Shown here one piece after another: positions 1-10,856 of a DNA stretch of 64,000 nucleotides. The stretch is taken from NCBI GenBank assembly GCA_044892525.1, contig CM097887.1, positions 101,162,397 through 101,226,396 on the forward strand. The letters are read 5' to 3'. The translations under genes were made by a program, and so were the position numbers. A model generated the notes under the pieces. That model worked only from the letters and a program-made list of their open reading frames with translations, was not told the DNA's origin and did not search any database. Source of the stretch: Schmidtea polychroa (Eukaryota). Position 1 is the stretch's first letter. Each line of letters opens with the position of its first letter.

Positions 1-1171
1 AATGTACCATTGGTTGAAACAATTGAATTATGTTGCTTGTTATGGAATGAAAATATTTCTGAACATCATATTTTGGATAGAACAGCATTTCGTGAACTTC
101 TTGTATTTGCAACTTCAAAAATCAATTTTCTTTTCAATAATGAATGGTATCAACAAATAGATGGGGTTGCTATGGGTTCTCCTTTAGCACCAACGATGGC
201 TTCAATTTTTTCAGAATTTGAATGTAAAGATAGTTTTGAATTTGTTTCCTGCATTGCACAATATGATAGACAAAGTATGGATGAAATTATGGTTTCGTTT
301 GATGTTTGTAGTCTGTTTACTAATGTACCATTGGTTGAAACAATTGAATTATGTTGCTTGTTATGGAATGAAAATATTTCTGAACATCATATTTTGGATA
401 GAACAGCATTTCGTGAACTTCTTGTATTTGCAACTTCAAAAATCAATTTTCTTTTCAATAATGAATGGTATCAACAAATAGATGGGGTTGCTATGGGTTC
501 TCCTTTAGCACCAACGATGGCTTCAATTTTTTCAGAATTTGAATGTAAAGATAGTTTTGAATTTGTTTCCTGCATTGCACAATATGATAGACAAAGTATG
601 GATGAAATTATGGTTTCGTTTGATGTTTGTAGTCTGTTTACTAATGTACCATTGGTTGAAACAATTGAATTATGTTGCTTGTTATGGAATGAAAATATTT
701 CTGAACATCATATTTTGGATAGAACAGCATTTCGTGAACTTCTTGTATTTGCAACTTCAAAAATCAATTTTCTTTTCAATAATGAATGGTATCAACAAAT
801 AGATGGGGTTGCTATGGGTTCTCCTTTAGCACCAACGATGGCTTCAATTTTTTCAGAATTTGAATGTAAAGATAGTTTTGAATTTGTTTCCTGCATTGCA
901 CAATATGATAGACAAAGTATGGATGAAATTATGGTTTCGTTTGATGTTTGTAGTCTGTTTACTAATGTACCATTGGTTGAAACAATTGAATTATGTTGCT
1001 TGTTATGGAATGAAAATATTTCTGAACATCATATTTTGGATAGAACAGCATTTCGTGAACTTCTTGTATTTGCAACTTCAAAAATCAATTTTCTTTTCAA
1101 TAATGAATGGTATCAACAAATAGATGGGGTTGCTATGGGTTCTCCTTTAGCACCAACGATGGCTTCAATTT
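1..1171 (+). repeat. 321-bp (107-codon) tandem repeat of the PLE RT core, about 3.6 copies visible
   Basis: aatgtaccattggttgaaac recurs at 1, 322, 643 and 964; the copies translate identically. Confidence 0.97.
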
Positions 1172-2250
1172 TTTTAACAAGCTTAGAAAAGAAAATTGCA
1201 TCTTTCCAATGTATGAAACCCACTGTTTATAAACGGTATGTGGATGATATATTTCTTATATTTGAAAATCAGAGGCATGTTGACCCGTTTTTGCATTATA
1301 TGAACAGTCTACATAAAAACATTGTATTCACATGTGAAACGGAGAAAAAATCATCGCTTGCTTTCTTGGATTTGTTAATTCAACGCAAAGAGAAACACTA
1401 TGAGACAGAGATTTATAGAAAACCAACTGATACTGGTCTCTATACTTCTTCCGAAAGTTTTTGTGAATTCAAGTATAAAAGAAATATGGTGAAGGGGTTG
1501 ATTTATCGTGCATGGTCTTTGTCTTCTACTTTTAAAAATTCGGTAAAGAGTGTTGACGTGTTGGTTGAACTGTTGATGAAGAATGGTTATTCAAAATCCT
1601 TTTTAGTAATTATGGTGAAAGAGACTGTTGACAAATTTATTAAAAATCCTAAGGATCCATGTTTGAGAAAATTTGGGTGTGATCTTGTTGAGATGTGTGA
1701 GTCTGATGAGTTAAAATCTGGGTGTGATTTTGTTGAGATGTGTGAGTCTGATGAGTTAAATAAATTAAATAGTGTGAGCAAGGATGATGAGCTTAAATTT
1801 GTGTTAGTATTGCCGTACTCAGAAGGTTTTAAGGATTATAAAGTGAAGATAAGAAAGCAGTTAGGGAATTTAAACTATAGGATAGTGTCAACTTCATGGA
1901 AAGTACGCAATATGTTTATTAATAAGTCAAAGACTCCGGTTGAATTGTGTTCCGATCTCGTTTATCAGTTTACATGTAATGGGTGTAATGCCACATACAT
2001 TGGAGAGACTTCCCGTCATCTCTGTATTCGAGCTCGAGAACATTGTAGACCGAAGTCTTTGACCCATATTGGTGAGCACAATAAGGGCTGTAAGATTAAA
2101 ATAGGTATGTCTGATTTTAAAATTTTATTAAAAAACTTCGATAATTATTGGGAACGTGTGATTTGTGAGGTGTTGTTGATAAAATCATTGAATCCGAAAA
2201 TTAATGTGCAGAATGCTGTAAATACTTGTGTGTTGAGTGTTTTTAAATAA
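10..2250 (+). mobile_element. Penelope-like element ORF (RT + GIY-YIG endonuclease), 5' part outside the window
   Basis: RT motifs SFDVCSLFTNVP, QIDGVAMGSPLAP and YKRYVDDIF, PLE-type FLD and IYRKPT boxes, then the GIY-YIG signature LVYQFTCNGCNATYIGETSRHL..R..EH. Confidence 0.93.
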
Positions 2251-2439
2251 GCTTTTGTGTATTGTATGTATTGATTGTTGTGTTAAATTAAATAATTGAT
2301 AAAAAAATTTAAAATTTTTAAATTATTAAATTAAATTTTAAATGTTAAAGTTTTTAAAAAATAATATTTTTATAAAATAAAAAATTTTTATATATAATTA
2401 AATTTGTTTAAAATCCTTTATTTAATGAGTATTATATCC

Positions 2440-2478
2440 CACCTGATGATGACAGGAAAACTGTCGAAATTAATCGTG
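2440..2478 (+). ncRNA. Minimal type I hammerhead ribozyme in the PLE 3' region
   Basis: cac-CTGATGA-t-gacag(gaaaa)ctgtc-GAA-attaat-C-gtg. Core CUGAUGA 2443-2449, 5-bp stem II, palindromic stem III, AUC cleavage triplet 2473-2475, stem I cac/gtg. Confidence 0.85.
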
Positions 2479-2699
2479 AAAAAAATGTTTGATTGGCGTT
2501 ATCTTATAATTATTTAAAAAATACATAAAAATTTAATTAACAAAAAAATACATGTAATTTATATATCACTTATGATAAATATTGTCGATAGACTATATTT
2601 TTGGTTTGTCGAAAATCTCCAGCTAATACCACAACTGTTTCTCCCATTAGTTTTGTGTTTCCTTTTAAATCCTGAAGAGTTGAAGCAGTTGAACACTAA

Positions 2700-2955
2700 T
2701 CCTATTTTATAAACCTAACATGATCTACAACTTTTATTTGTAATATTGTTGCCAATTTCACCCCCTTCTGTAGTAAATCAAGGTAACCCTGATTAGGGTT
2801 AGGGTACCCTAGGGTGGTCACCTGAGGTTGAAACATAGCCTATGACCTGTCCCGAGTAAAATGAGGGCCGCATGCAAAATTTCAGCACCATAGGTCCAAC
2901 GGTAGAGAATTCTATGGGTAACAAACAAACAACCTTTCATCTTTATATATTAGAT
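2700..2955. mobile_element. Possible non-autonomous Helitron/Helentron-associated (DINE-1/Lep1-like) repeat
   Basis: The segment caaaatttcag...acaaacaaacaacctttcatctttatatattagat resembles the ends of these elements, recalled from memory; boundaries uncertain. Confidence 0.3.
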
Positions 2956-4229
2956 ATTTTGCAGCAAAAAGCTTATATTATCATTTACTTATTTGACATT
3001 TAATTAATGCTACTGCCTAGAAAACATCATTTCATATACTTAGTAAAATTAATTGTAAAAAATCAGAATTTTTTTTGGTAAAAATTTAATTTTGATTTAT
3101 TTTCTTATTTTTGCCGATATAAATCATGTAAATTTTAATAAGAATAATATTTAAAATAATAGATTAAAATATATATAAATTATTTTTTTATCCAATGAAA
3201 TGTAAAATATAGAAAAAAATAATATAACATTAGTTTTAAATTGAAATTATTATAAAGTTTATTAATATTACCAATATAGAATCACATTAAATGGATAACA
3301 TACAGCCATCCATTTCTGATGGCATTTGATAATCGTAACTTGACTATTGACTGGATGGCCATCTGTATAAGTAAAATCCAAACTTTTACTTTTAATTAAA
3401 TTATGTTGTTTGTTTGTTTCATTTCTAACTGATACTGATCTACAACAGATGAAATTTAATTTTGAATTTCGGACGAGTTACTCGATTTGTGATGTGGCAC
3501 GTAATTGTATTGGAGATGAAAGGCGTTGGGAAATCAGTGATGTATCATTGAAGAAATCATCGTCTGATCCTAGCCTAGACAAATCAACTGAATTGCATGC
3601 TCGGTGAGCATTTAACATTACACTAGTTCTTGATGGTAATTCTTCTTGTTGACTGATAAAATTTAACAGTTAAAATTTGAAATTCATCAAAAAATTGTGC
3701 TTTTTCACAGAACTTTATTTTACAACAATTAAGACGTCATAGTGATTAGGAGGATCTTTCGTTCGAAATGTATTTCAATTATTTATTGGTTTTATTCATT
3801 TATTAATTCTCTATAAAAATGTCTACAGTGCTTACAGTACAATATTTGCCTTTTTATGTTTGTCTCTCCAAATTTATCTATTATAGAGTGAAGTGAACTT
3901 TTTGGTCAAGAGTCAATTTTTGTCTGTTATTTTTTTCATTTAAGCAACAATACCAAATATTGAAAATTTACATACAATTTTTTATTATGTATTGTATTTA
4001 TATTTTCAATTTGTTTTTTCGCCACATTCTCACTTTTATATTACACTTGTTTACATGGAATAATAACAAAGCTATTGTTTTACCAGATCATGCATATGCA
4101 ATATTTGGTATAATTTTAAAGCTCTTGAAAAGGTGAATCTAATTACACAATATAAAGGTACAATTTTAAAACTACATTTGGTTATTTTTGTATTTTAAAT
4201 TGATTGAAGAAAAAACAGTAATTCGTGTC

Positions 4230-4470
4230 TTATTACGACATTATTGGCGAAAAGACCTAACTGTAGCACCTGCGATTCGAGAAATCTATAACTTGGAAGG
4301 CAATGTGCTCAAAGTGTGCTCAGTGGTGGATTAGTGGATATTAGGAACGTTCAGATCTACCACCAGTGATGAAAAAAGAGGTTTCGTCTCCTGGTGGAGC
4401 AATAGTCTAGTTGGTTATTCTCAAAGTACCATTGTTCGTCATCTGCATAACTTTGGTTTGTAAATAAAAA
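4230..4470 (+). pseudogene. Possible mariner transposase N-terminal remnant
   Basis: Degenerate AIREIY and SQSTIVRHLHNFGL segments resemble mariner HTH regions. Confidence 0.3.
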
Positions 4471-5048
4471 TCCACTCCGAGTTTATGTGTAAATCAATAA
4501 ATGAATATCAGTTTAAAAAATTTTGTTTTCTTTTGAATTTTTTACAATTTTAAGTTTTAATAATTTTAAACTTCAATTTGAAAGTGGTTATATATTTTTC
4601 GACAGATTTAGTTATTGGAAAATATTCACAAATGAGTATTTTTATATTTTTACATGGATTTTTTAAAGTTTTTTTTATAAATTGGTAAATTGTAAAACCA
4701 AATGAAGATTTTGGTATTAATAATAAACGTTTACAATGAAAGTTCGTTTCATCATTTACTATTTTCTCGACAACTCAGTATTTTTGATATTAAAGTCGAA
4801 ATTTTTGAATTCAAATGCGGTTTAAAGACAATTGAAACGAGGAAGGAATTGGCAGAATTCCCAATATACCGTGTATTGGTTATTTGCAATAGGGATGATG
4901 AATACACTGAAACTGCCACGCTTTTGCAATATAAGCAAAAATACAAAAGTAAGAAATTTGCTTGGGATAAAAATGGAGTATCTAATTAGCATTTTGTATT
5001 AAAAATCAAAATCAGCCAATGAATATCATTGAATAAAATAAATTAAAT

Positions 5049-5350
5049 CAGTGGTTCTCAACCCGTGTTCCGCGAAAAAAATGACATTTTATCTTAAAAT
5101 TTGCATTTAATATACATATCATCAAAAACCTCAATTTTTTATAAGATGATTCAATAAGAAAATACAAATATAAAAGTGTTTTTATTGCTTGTTATTGTTG
5201 CGCGTGGTATTTTCTTTGCTTATAAGAAGGCATTGTTTACGTTTACGACAGATTTATAGTAATTTGTGATTGGTATTTTTTGTCAGTGTTCCGCGTAAAA
5301 AAAATCATGTGAATGGGTTTCCGCGCTTTTATATTAATTGAGAACCATTG
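5049..5350. mobile_element. hAT (Charlie/Buster-type) MITE
   Basis: TIRs cagtggttctcaa (5049-5061) and ttgagaaccattg (5338-5350); flanks aattaaat/acttagag both have a central TA but match at only 5/8. Confidence 0.7.
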
Positions 5351-5358
5351 ACTTAGAG

Positions 5359-6328
5359 CAGGGGTGATACAGATGATACTCAGTTGATACAGGGGGTCAC
5401 ATTTACTATAATTGCGCATCACGTGTTGCCTCCAGAAACTTGACACCTCTTGCTATTAACAAGTTCATCAAAGTTTGGCACCAATGGCTGTGTTGTAGCA
5501 ACCTTCAGTATTGAATTAAGGTGCTCGTTAAAAATTTTCGAGCAAAGCCGAGTTTGTTTATGTTCATTACAGGAAAATGCTGTTCACATACGTATATACT
5601 TCCGAACTGAATAACTTGGACCAACATATTGATAAAATGTGCCAATATCACCATCGGAAAATCTGTTCCTCAATACAGAATCGCACTGGACCTCAATTAA
5701 TTCTAGCTGAAGTAGATCTGGTGCCTCATTAACATTAACCGAGAATGGATTCTGAAAAATGGCAATGTCCTTTTCAAGGTATTCTTGGAACTCATTCTTC
5801 AAGTTGGAAATATTGATGCAGTATGTTTCTGTGTTGATTTCAGCTGGAAGTTCAGTTGTGCCTTGCAAGGATTTCAAGGTTGGAAAGTGCAAGATTATTC
5901 TCTTTTAGCTGCCTTTCAAAAACCTGTAGTTTCATATCAAAGGTACCAATGGAGTCATAAAGCTCTGTTACCAATTTATTGCGCCCTTGCATTTTTGTAT
6001 TCGGAAAATTTAAATGTCCCGTAATATCCACCATGAAAGCAAGATCTTGAATCCATTTATCATCTTTAAGTGCATGTACTTCATTGTCTTCCAGTTCCAT
6101 GAACATTTGTATTTCTCTGCACAGTTCATAAAATCGCTCCAGTACAACTACCCGAATTAACCAACGAACATCATTGAGATATGGTAACCCAGCTGCTATA
6201 TTGATTTCCTCCAAAAACCAGTTGAACTGCCTGTGGTTTAGGCCTCCCGCTTTATAGAAATTCACTGCCTTTATAATAAGGTGACCAACTATTTTTTGTT
6301 CAAAGAGTACACTTTGCAAGTATTTCAT
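5359..6328 (-). pseudogene. GTF2IRD2/SPIN-like hAT transposase, 3' half (frameshifted)
   Basis: GLNHRQF, VRWL, WIQDLAFMVDITGHLN and QLELIEVQCD motifs; a TIR-like caggggtg starts at 5359. Confidence 0.85.
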
Positions 6329-6329
6329 A

Positions 6330-7174
6330 GGTGAAAAAATGAAAAAACGATAAAATATATTTTACTTCGAAGTGGATTTTTTTTGCTAAATGAGGATGTT
6401 CGTCTAATAATGTAGCCACATCCGAACAACTTTCATTTTGCATATTAAATTTGATCGTTAAGGCGGCAGATAATGTTTTTACAGAAAGTTGCAACTTCTC
6501 ACTGCTCCAATAAGCATTCCCTAGTGAAAATGCCCTTTCAACAGCAGCATTAGTGCCTGGACAACATAAGGAAATTTCTATTAAAACTTTTAAATTTTCA
6601 TGTGGGATATGTTCTACTCTAAAATCCCGGAAGATTTCTACCCATCGTTCGATTTCTTCAATTTTTCTTCATTTAAATATAAATTTACTCTTCGAATTTA
6701 TTCAAAGAGAAAATTGCCATTAATAACAATATCTTTTACTTCCTTCATTACAAATTCGACTGCTGAAGAAACTTCTTTCCATTCAATTTTACTATTTAGA
6801 AGGGTCCATTTGAAACAATTTAATGCTCTAAAGTTCACTATCCATTCTTCGATATATTCATAGCAAATTTTATAAAAAATTTTAACTTCTTTTAAAAATT
6901 CATTTTTTATTCCGGGATTGGAATCTTCATAAATGGTCAATTTATTCTTTAGAATTAGTGGTAAAAATCCATCATTAAATCTGGATTTATATTGCAGTAT
7001 GAAATCATTTAATATAATACAAACTTCTGCTGCTGAAATTTTATCTCCTTCAATTTGTAGAGTAATTTTATGAAACAACGACGCCTGACTGTGGATAAAG
7101 TGAAGCATAGGTTCTGACATATAAATTATAATAACACCCATGGCGTGAGCCGTTACTTCTCTGTGTAAATGCAA
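6330..7174 (-). pseudogene. Second, different hAT transposase C-terminal fragment
   Basis: Minus strand reads CCPGTNAAVERAFS (hAT dimerisation motif P.SNA..ER.FS) at about 6520-6570, preceded by the 158-aa ORF 6698-7174. Confidence 0.7.
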
Positions 7175-7199
7175 TGTAAATTATAAAATTTCTGATTTG

Positions 7200-7900
7200 G
7201 ACTCACAGATAACAGTTTTCCTTTAGTTTTGTTGCCACTCCAGCTTTTTTACAAAACAATTTGTAGTGCTCCATCTGTGGTCAAACTCACAGGTTGTGCC
7301 CAATCAACATCTAATTTATCGATTGCCCCTATCAAGCTTTCAAAGATGTCATTAGCTATTGTTGTTCCTTTATTAGTACCAATTTTCTACAAACTCTTCT
7401 GTTAAATACATATTTTTATCCACACCGTGTATAGAAACTGCAAGTTGTGCTACATCAGTTATGTCGGTACATTCATCAATTACAACTGAAATGCAGCAAA
7501 GCATCGAACTTTCTCCTTGAGTTGGCAATTAATATTCTTTCTGCAACTGTATTTCTTAATAAGATTATGTTCGCAAAAGCTGGAAGTTTTTTCCGGACAA
7601 ATATCTTCTGAAGCAATCAACATACATTTTTTTATGAAGTCCCTTTCCGAAAACGGCTTCGATGACACAGCTATTCATGTTGCAATCCTGTAACTTGCCT
7701 TAACTGCAGCATCACTAACTTCATTAACCCTATTAAATACTGACTGTTGCTTATTCAATGACGGTTCTAATTGTTTAACTTTATCTTCGCGTAACTTACC
7801 GCTGTTTTTATTAAACTTCGAAGCATGGTTCGTTTCATGTCTTTGAACATTATAATCTTTGGCAACAGCAATCTAATCCTAATAGTGTTTCAAATGACTT
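7200..7900 (-). pseudogene. GTF2IRD2/SPIN-like hAT transposase, 5' half
   Basis: KPFSERDFIKKCM and VIDECTDITDVAQLA motifs (first catalytic Asp region). Confidence 0.8.
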
Positions 7901-9817
7901 TCAAAAAGATATCAGTTCATCTAGTGGAGAAGTTTTGATTAAAATTTGAGACCAACCACGTTTTACAACTTGTGGAAACTTATAACTTGCTATTTCGATT
8001 TGCGTCAGCGTTCTCTGGCAATAATTAACAACACAAATCGAAGTTTTGGTTATATATCTTTTAGACAAATAAAAATTATTTTATAGCAAGGATCAAAAAG
8101 AACAAATTTAAAATAATCGAATAATGTTGAAAAGGATATATTTTTAATGAGATATACTTTTTATTATAATTAATGTTTAAAATTTTCTATTTTACAATTT
8201 TAATAAATATTTGTATGGAAAAGAATTAATATAAGTAAATATTAAATAACCATTGAACTGGATTTGACACATTTTTCATCCCTAGATCTCCTGCCTCTGT
8301 TAAAAATTTACCATTAGAAATTAACACAAAAATCAACTACCGGAAAATTTAATGCCTCCTTGAAATAAAATATTTCCACAATAATTAAAATGACCGAACG
8401 ATATTAAATTAATTTTTAAAACTAGACTTAAAATTAAAAAAATTTGACAATTATTTAAGAATACCTAGAGGGTTTATTTGATAAAACATGGCTTCGTATT
8501 TAAGAGCCGTAAAATCTATGTTATGAGATTCTGAAATGAGATCATTAGTCCGCAAGTAATTTAAAATCACAGAAAACATTTTTGGATCCCGGTCAATAAA
8601 AAACTAGTGATTAATTAAATAAAAATATTTTAATAAATCCTCACAAACTTCATCGTCATCATCTCTTATTGAATTATGAATTAAGCTAATATAATTTAAT
8701 TTGATAATAAAATAAATATAATTATACCTTGAAAAGAACGTAGAATGATGAAGGAGTAATGTTTGCTGTGTAGTAACAAACCTTTTTAATATTATATAAA
8801 TTTTTTTTTTGAAAAATACTTACAATTGACCACCTACATTAAGTTTAACAATTTGAGAAGATTTTGAAAGCATTCTTTTATTGAAATTTAATTTATTTTT
8901 TAATATTATCAAAAAACAATATATTTTAATTTAAGAAAATTGTAGTTAAAATAGAATCTATAATAATAAAAATTTGAGAGTGAATGTAGGTTAATTTACT
9001 AAAACAAATAACGTAAAAATTTCGTTTAATTAAAAGTTAGATTGATTAGTAAAAAAATATTCATTATAAAAACATGTATATAAAAAGTTATATTTTTATA
9101 TATGCAAATTAAATATATGTATACTTCTAATACGATTAATATTTAAAATTTTCTTGGGTTTGCAATTTCTTTTTTCCAAAGTTGAAATTGAACTTGTAGC
9201 GTCAGCGCACAAATAATTTTCGCTTCAGATGGAACAGCTAATTTTTTTGTACCCTCCCGGCTGGATTACAGGATAGATCACAACGTTGTTGCTTTGACCA
9301 CTTTTCACCTCGGTCTGCAGCTTATCTATTGTTTATCTTCTTGAAAATCAATTTGATTACAATAAGAGTGTTCTTGGAGAAAGATATTAGCTCTTTGCAT
9401 CATTTTTTTATCGGTTGGCCTAAACGCATTACTTCCAGCTCTCTCAACGTTGTTTTAATCTTTCTTTCTCCTTAACTGATGATCGTTATGACAATAATAA
9501 TAATTCAGCAGATTTGTTGCAATTTTAAATTAATATATATTCATCGAAATTATATTGAAATTGTAATAAATAAGTTATTTTAATTATAAGAAATTCCGTA
9601 TAATTATATTTTTAAATTTTAAAAAATTGTTATAGTTTTGTACTTCATTTGTAAGATAATTCCAACAGTCGTTCTTCTCCAGCCAAACTGTGCCAAATCC
9701 GCTTGAAATATTTTACAATATCTTTTCAACTAAACAAATATAATGGTTTTAATTAACATTCGCAATCTCACAGTAACCATTGATGCATTTATCATACATT
9801 CAACTTCATATTTTCGC

Positions 9818-10340
9818 CGGGTCACCTCATAAAATCGACTTCTAGTACATCGATTTTTAAAACATCGAGTGTGAAAAGATCTACTTTTAGCCTTAAAACA
9901 TATATTGTCGAAAACATCTACTGTCAAAAACATCAACTGTCAATAACATCTAGTAATAAAAGCCAAGAACATCAATCGCCTAAAACATCGAGTTTAAAAA
10001 ACCTTTTTTAATTAAATGCTCTCATCATTTTTTTTTAATTTTAATAGTTTTTTTTAATTTGTTTAATTTTGAAACCATCTCTTTTCGTTATATTTTCATC
10101 AATTTAATTAATTCAACAAATTTTAATATCAGATGAAAGTTTAATTAACATCAATTAATTTAATTTTAATTTGTAGATGTTTTAGAAGTTTTAAAAGTAG
10201 ATTTTATTGACAATCGATGTATTTGTTGTTGATGTTTTGGACTCGATGTTTTAGACAGTAGATGTTTTCGCCAATAGATGAATTAGAAGTTGTTTATTTT
10301 GTTGTTGATTATCTAGAAGTCGATGTTTTGGGGGCGCGCC
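9818..10340. mobile_element. Mutator-like (MULE) foldback MITE with 9-bp TSD
   Basis: TSD tattttcgc at 9809-9817 and 10341-10349; inverted ends share atcgacttctag; subterminal tandem aaaacatc(g/t)a units are mirrored as t(c/a)gatgtttt. Confidence 0.7.
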
Positions 10341-10856
10341 TATTTTCGCGATTAAAACTTAGTTGTTTTCATGGAGTAAAATACTAGTTGTTTTCCTTTG
10401 TAAATTAGTCGGATTTAAAGCAAAATTTTTGGTTTCATTAGGAATTGGTATTTCTTCATGTTTATTATCCGGTTTTATTCAACTTTCACTTAATTTAATA
10501 TTTCAGTTTAATTTTCTATCAGGCTTTATGCTCTATTTTCTTTAAAGTTATAAATATACTCATTGATTATAGTAAATAACTGTAAATTTTGATTATTTTT
10601 ATTTATGTTATGTATATTTTTATCTATATATTTCCTTATTTTGTTTTAAAAAAATGCAACAAAAAATATAATAATTTTATATACCAAAAAATAGTTTATT
10701 TCCCTAAAATTTAATTACTCGATATTACTCATACTAGGAAGACATTTCTATCATCAAACTCTGTATTATTTGAAAATTTAGATTTTAAAACTCACTGATC
10801 ATATATAGGATTGTGTGATTACTATTGTTAGTTGTGATTATTAGGTGTGTTATAAG

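Noticed and set aside
218-1123. Three identical 87-aa ORFs
   Set aside because: Alternate-frame by-products of the 321-bp repeat inside the PLE RT.
2795-2806. TTAGGG x2 telomeric motif
   Set aside because: Only two units, inside another repeat; not a telomere.
8274-8284. tttcatcccta, an Ac-like TIR
   Set aside because: No partner TIR or TSD found.
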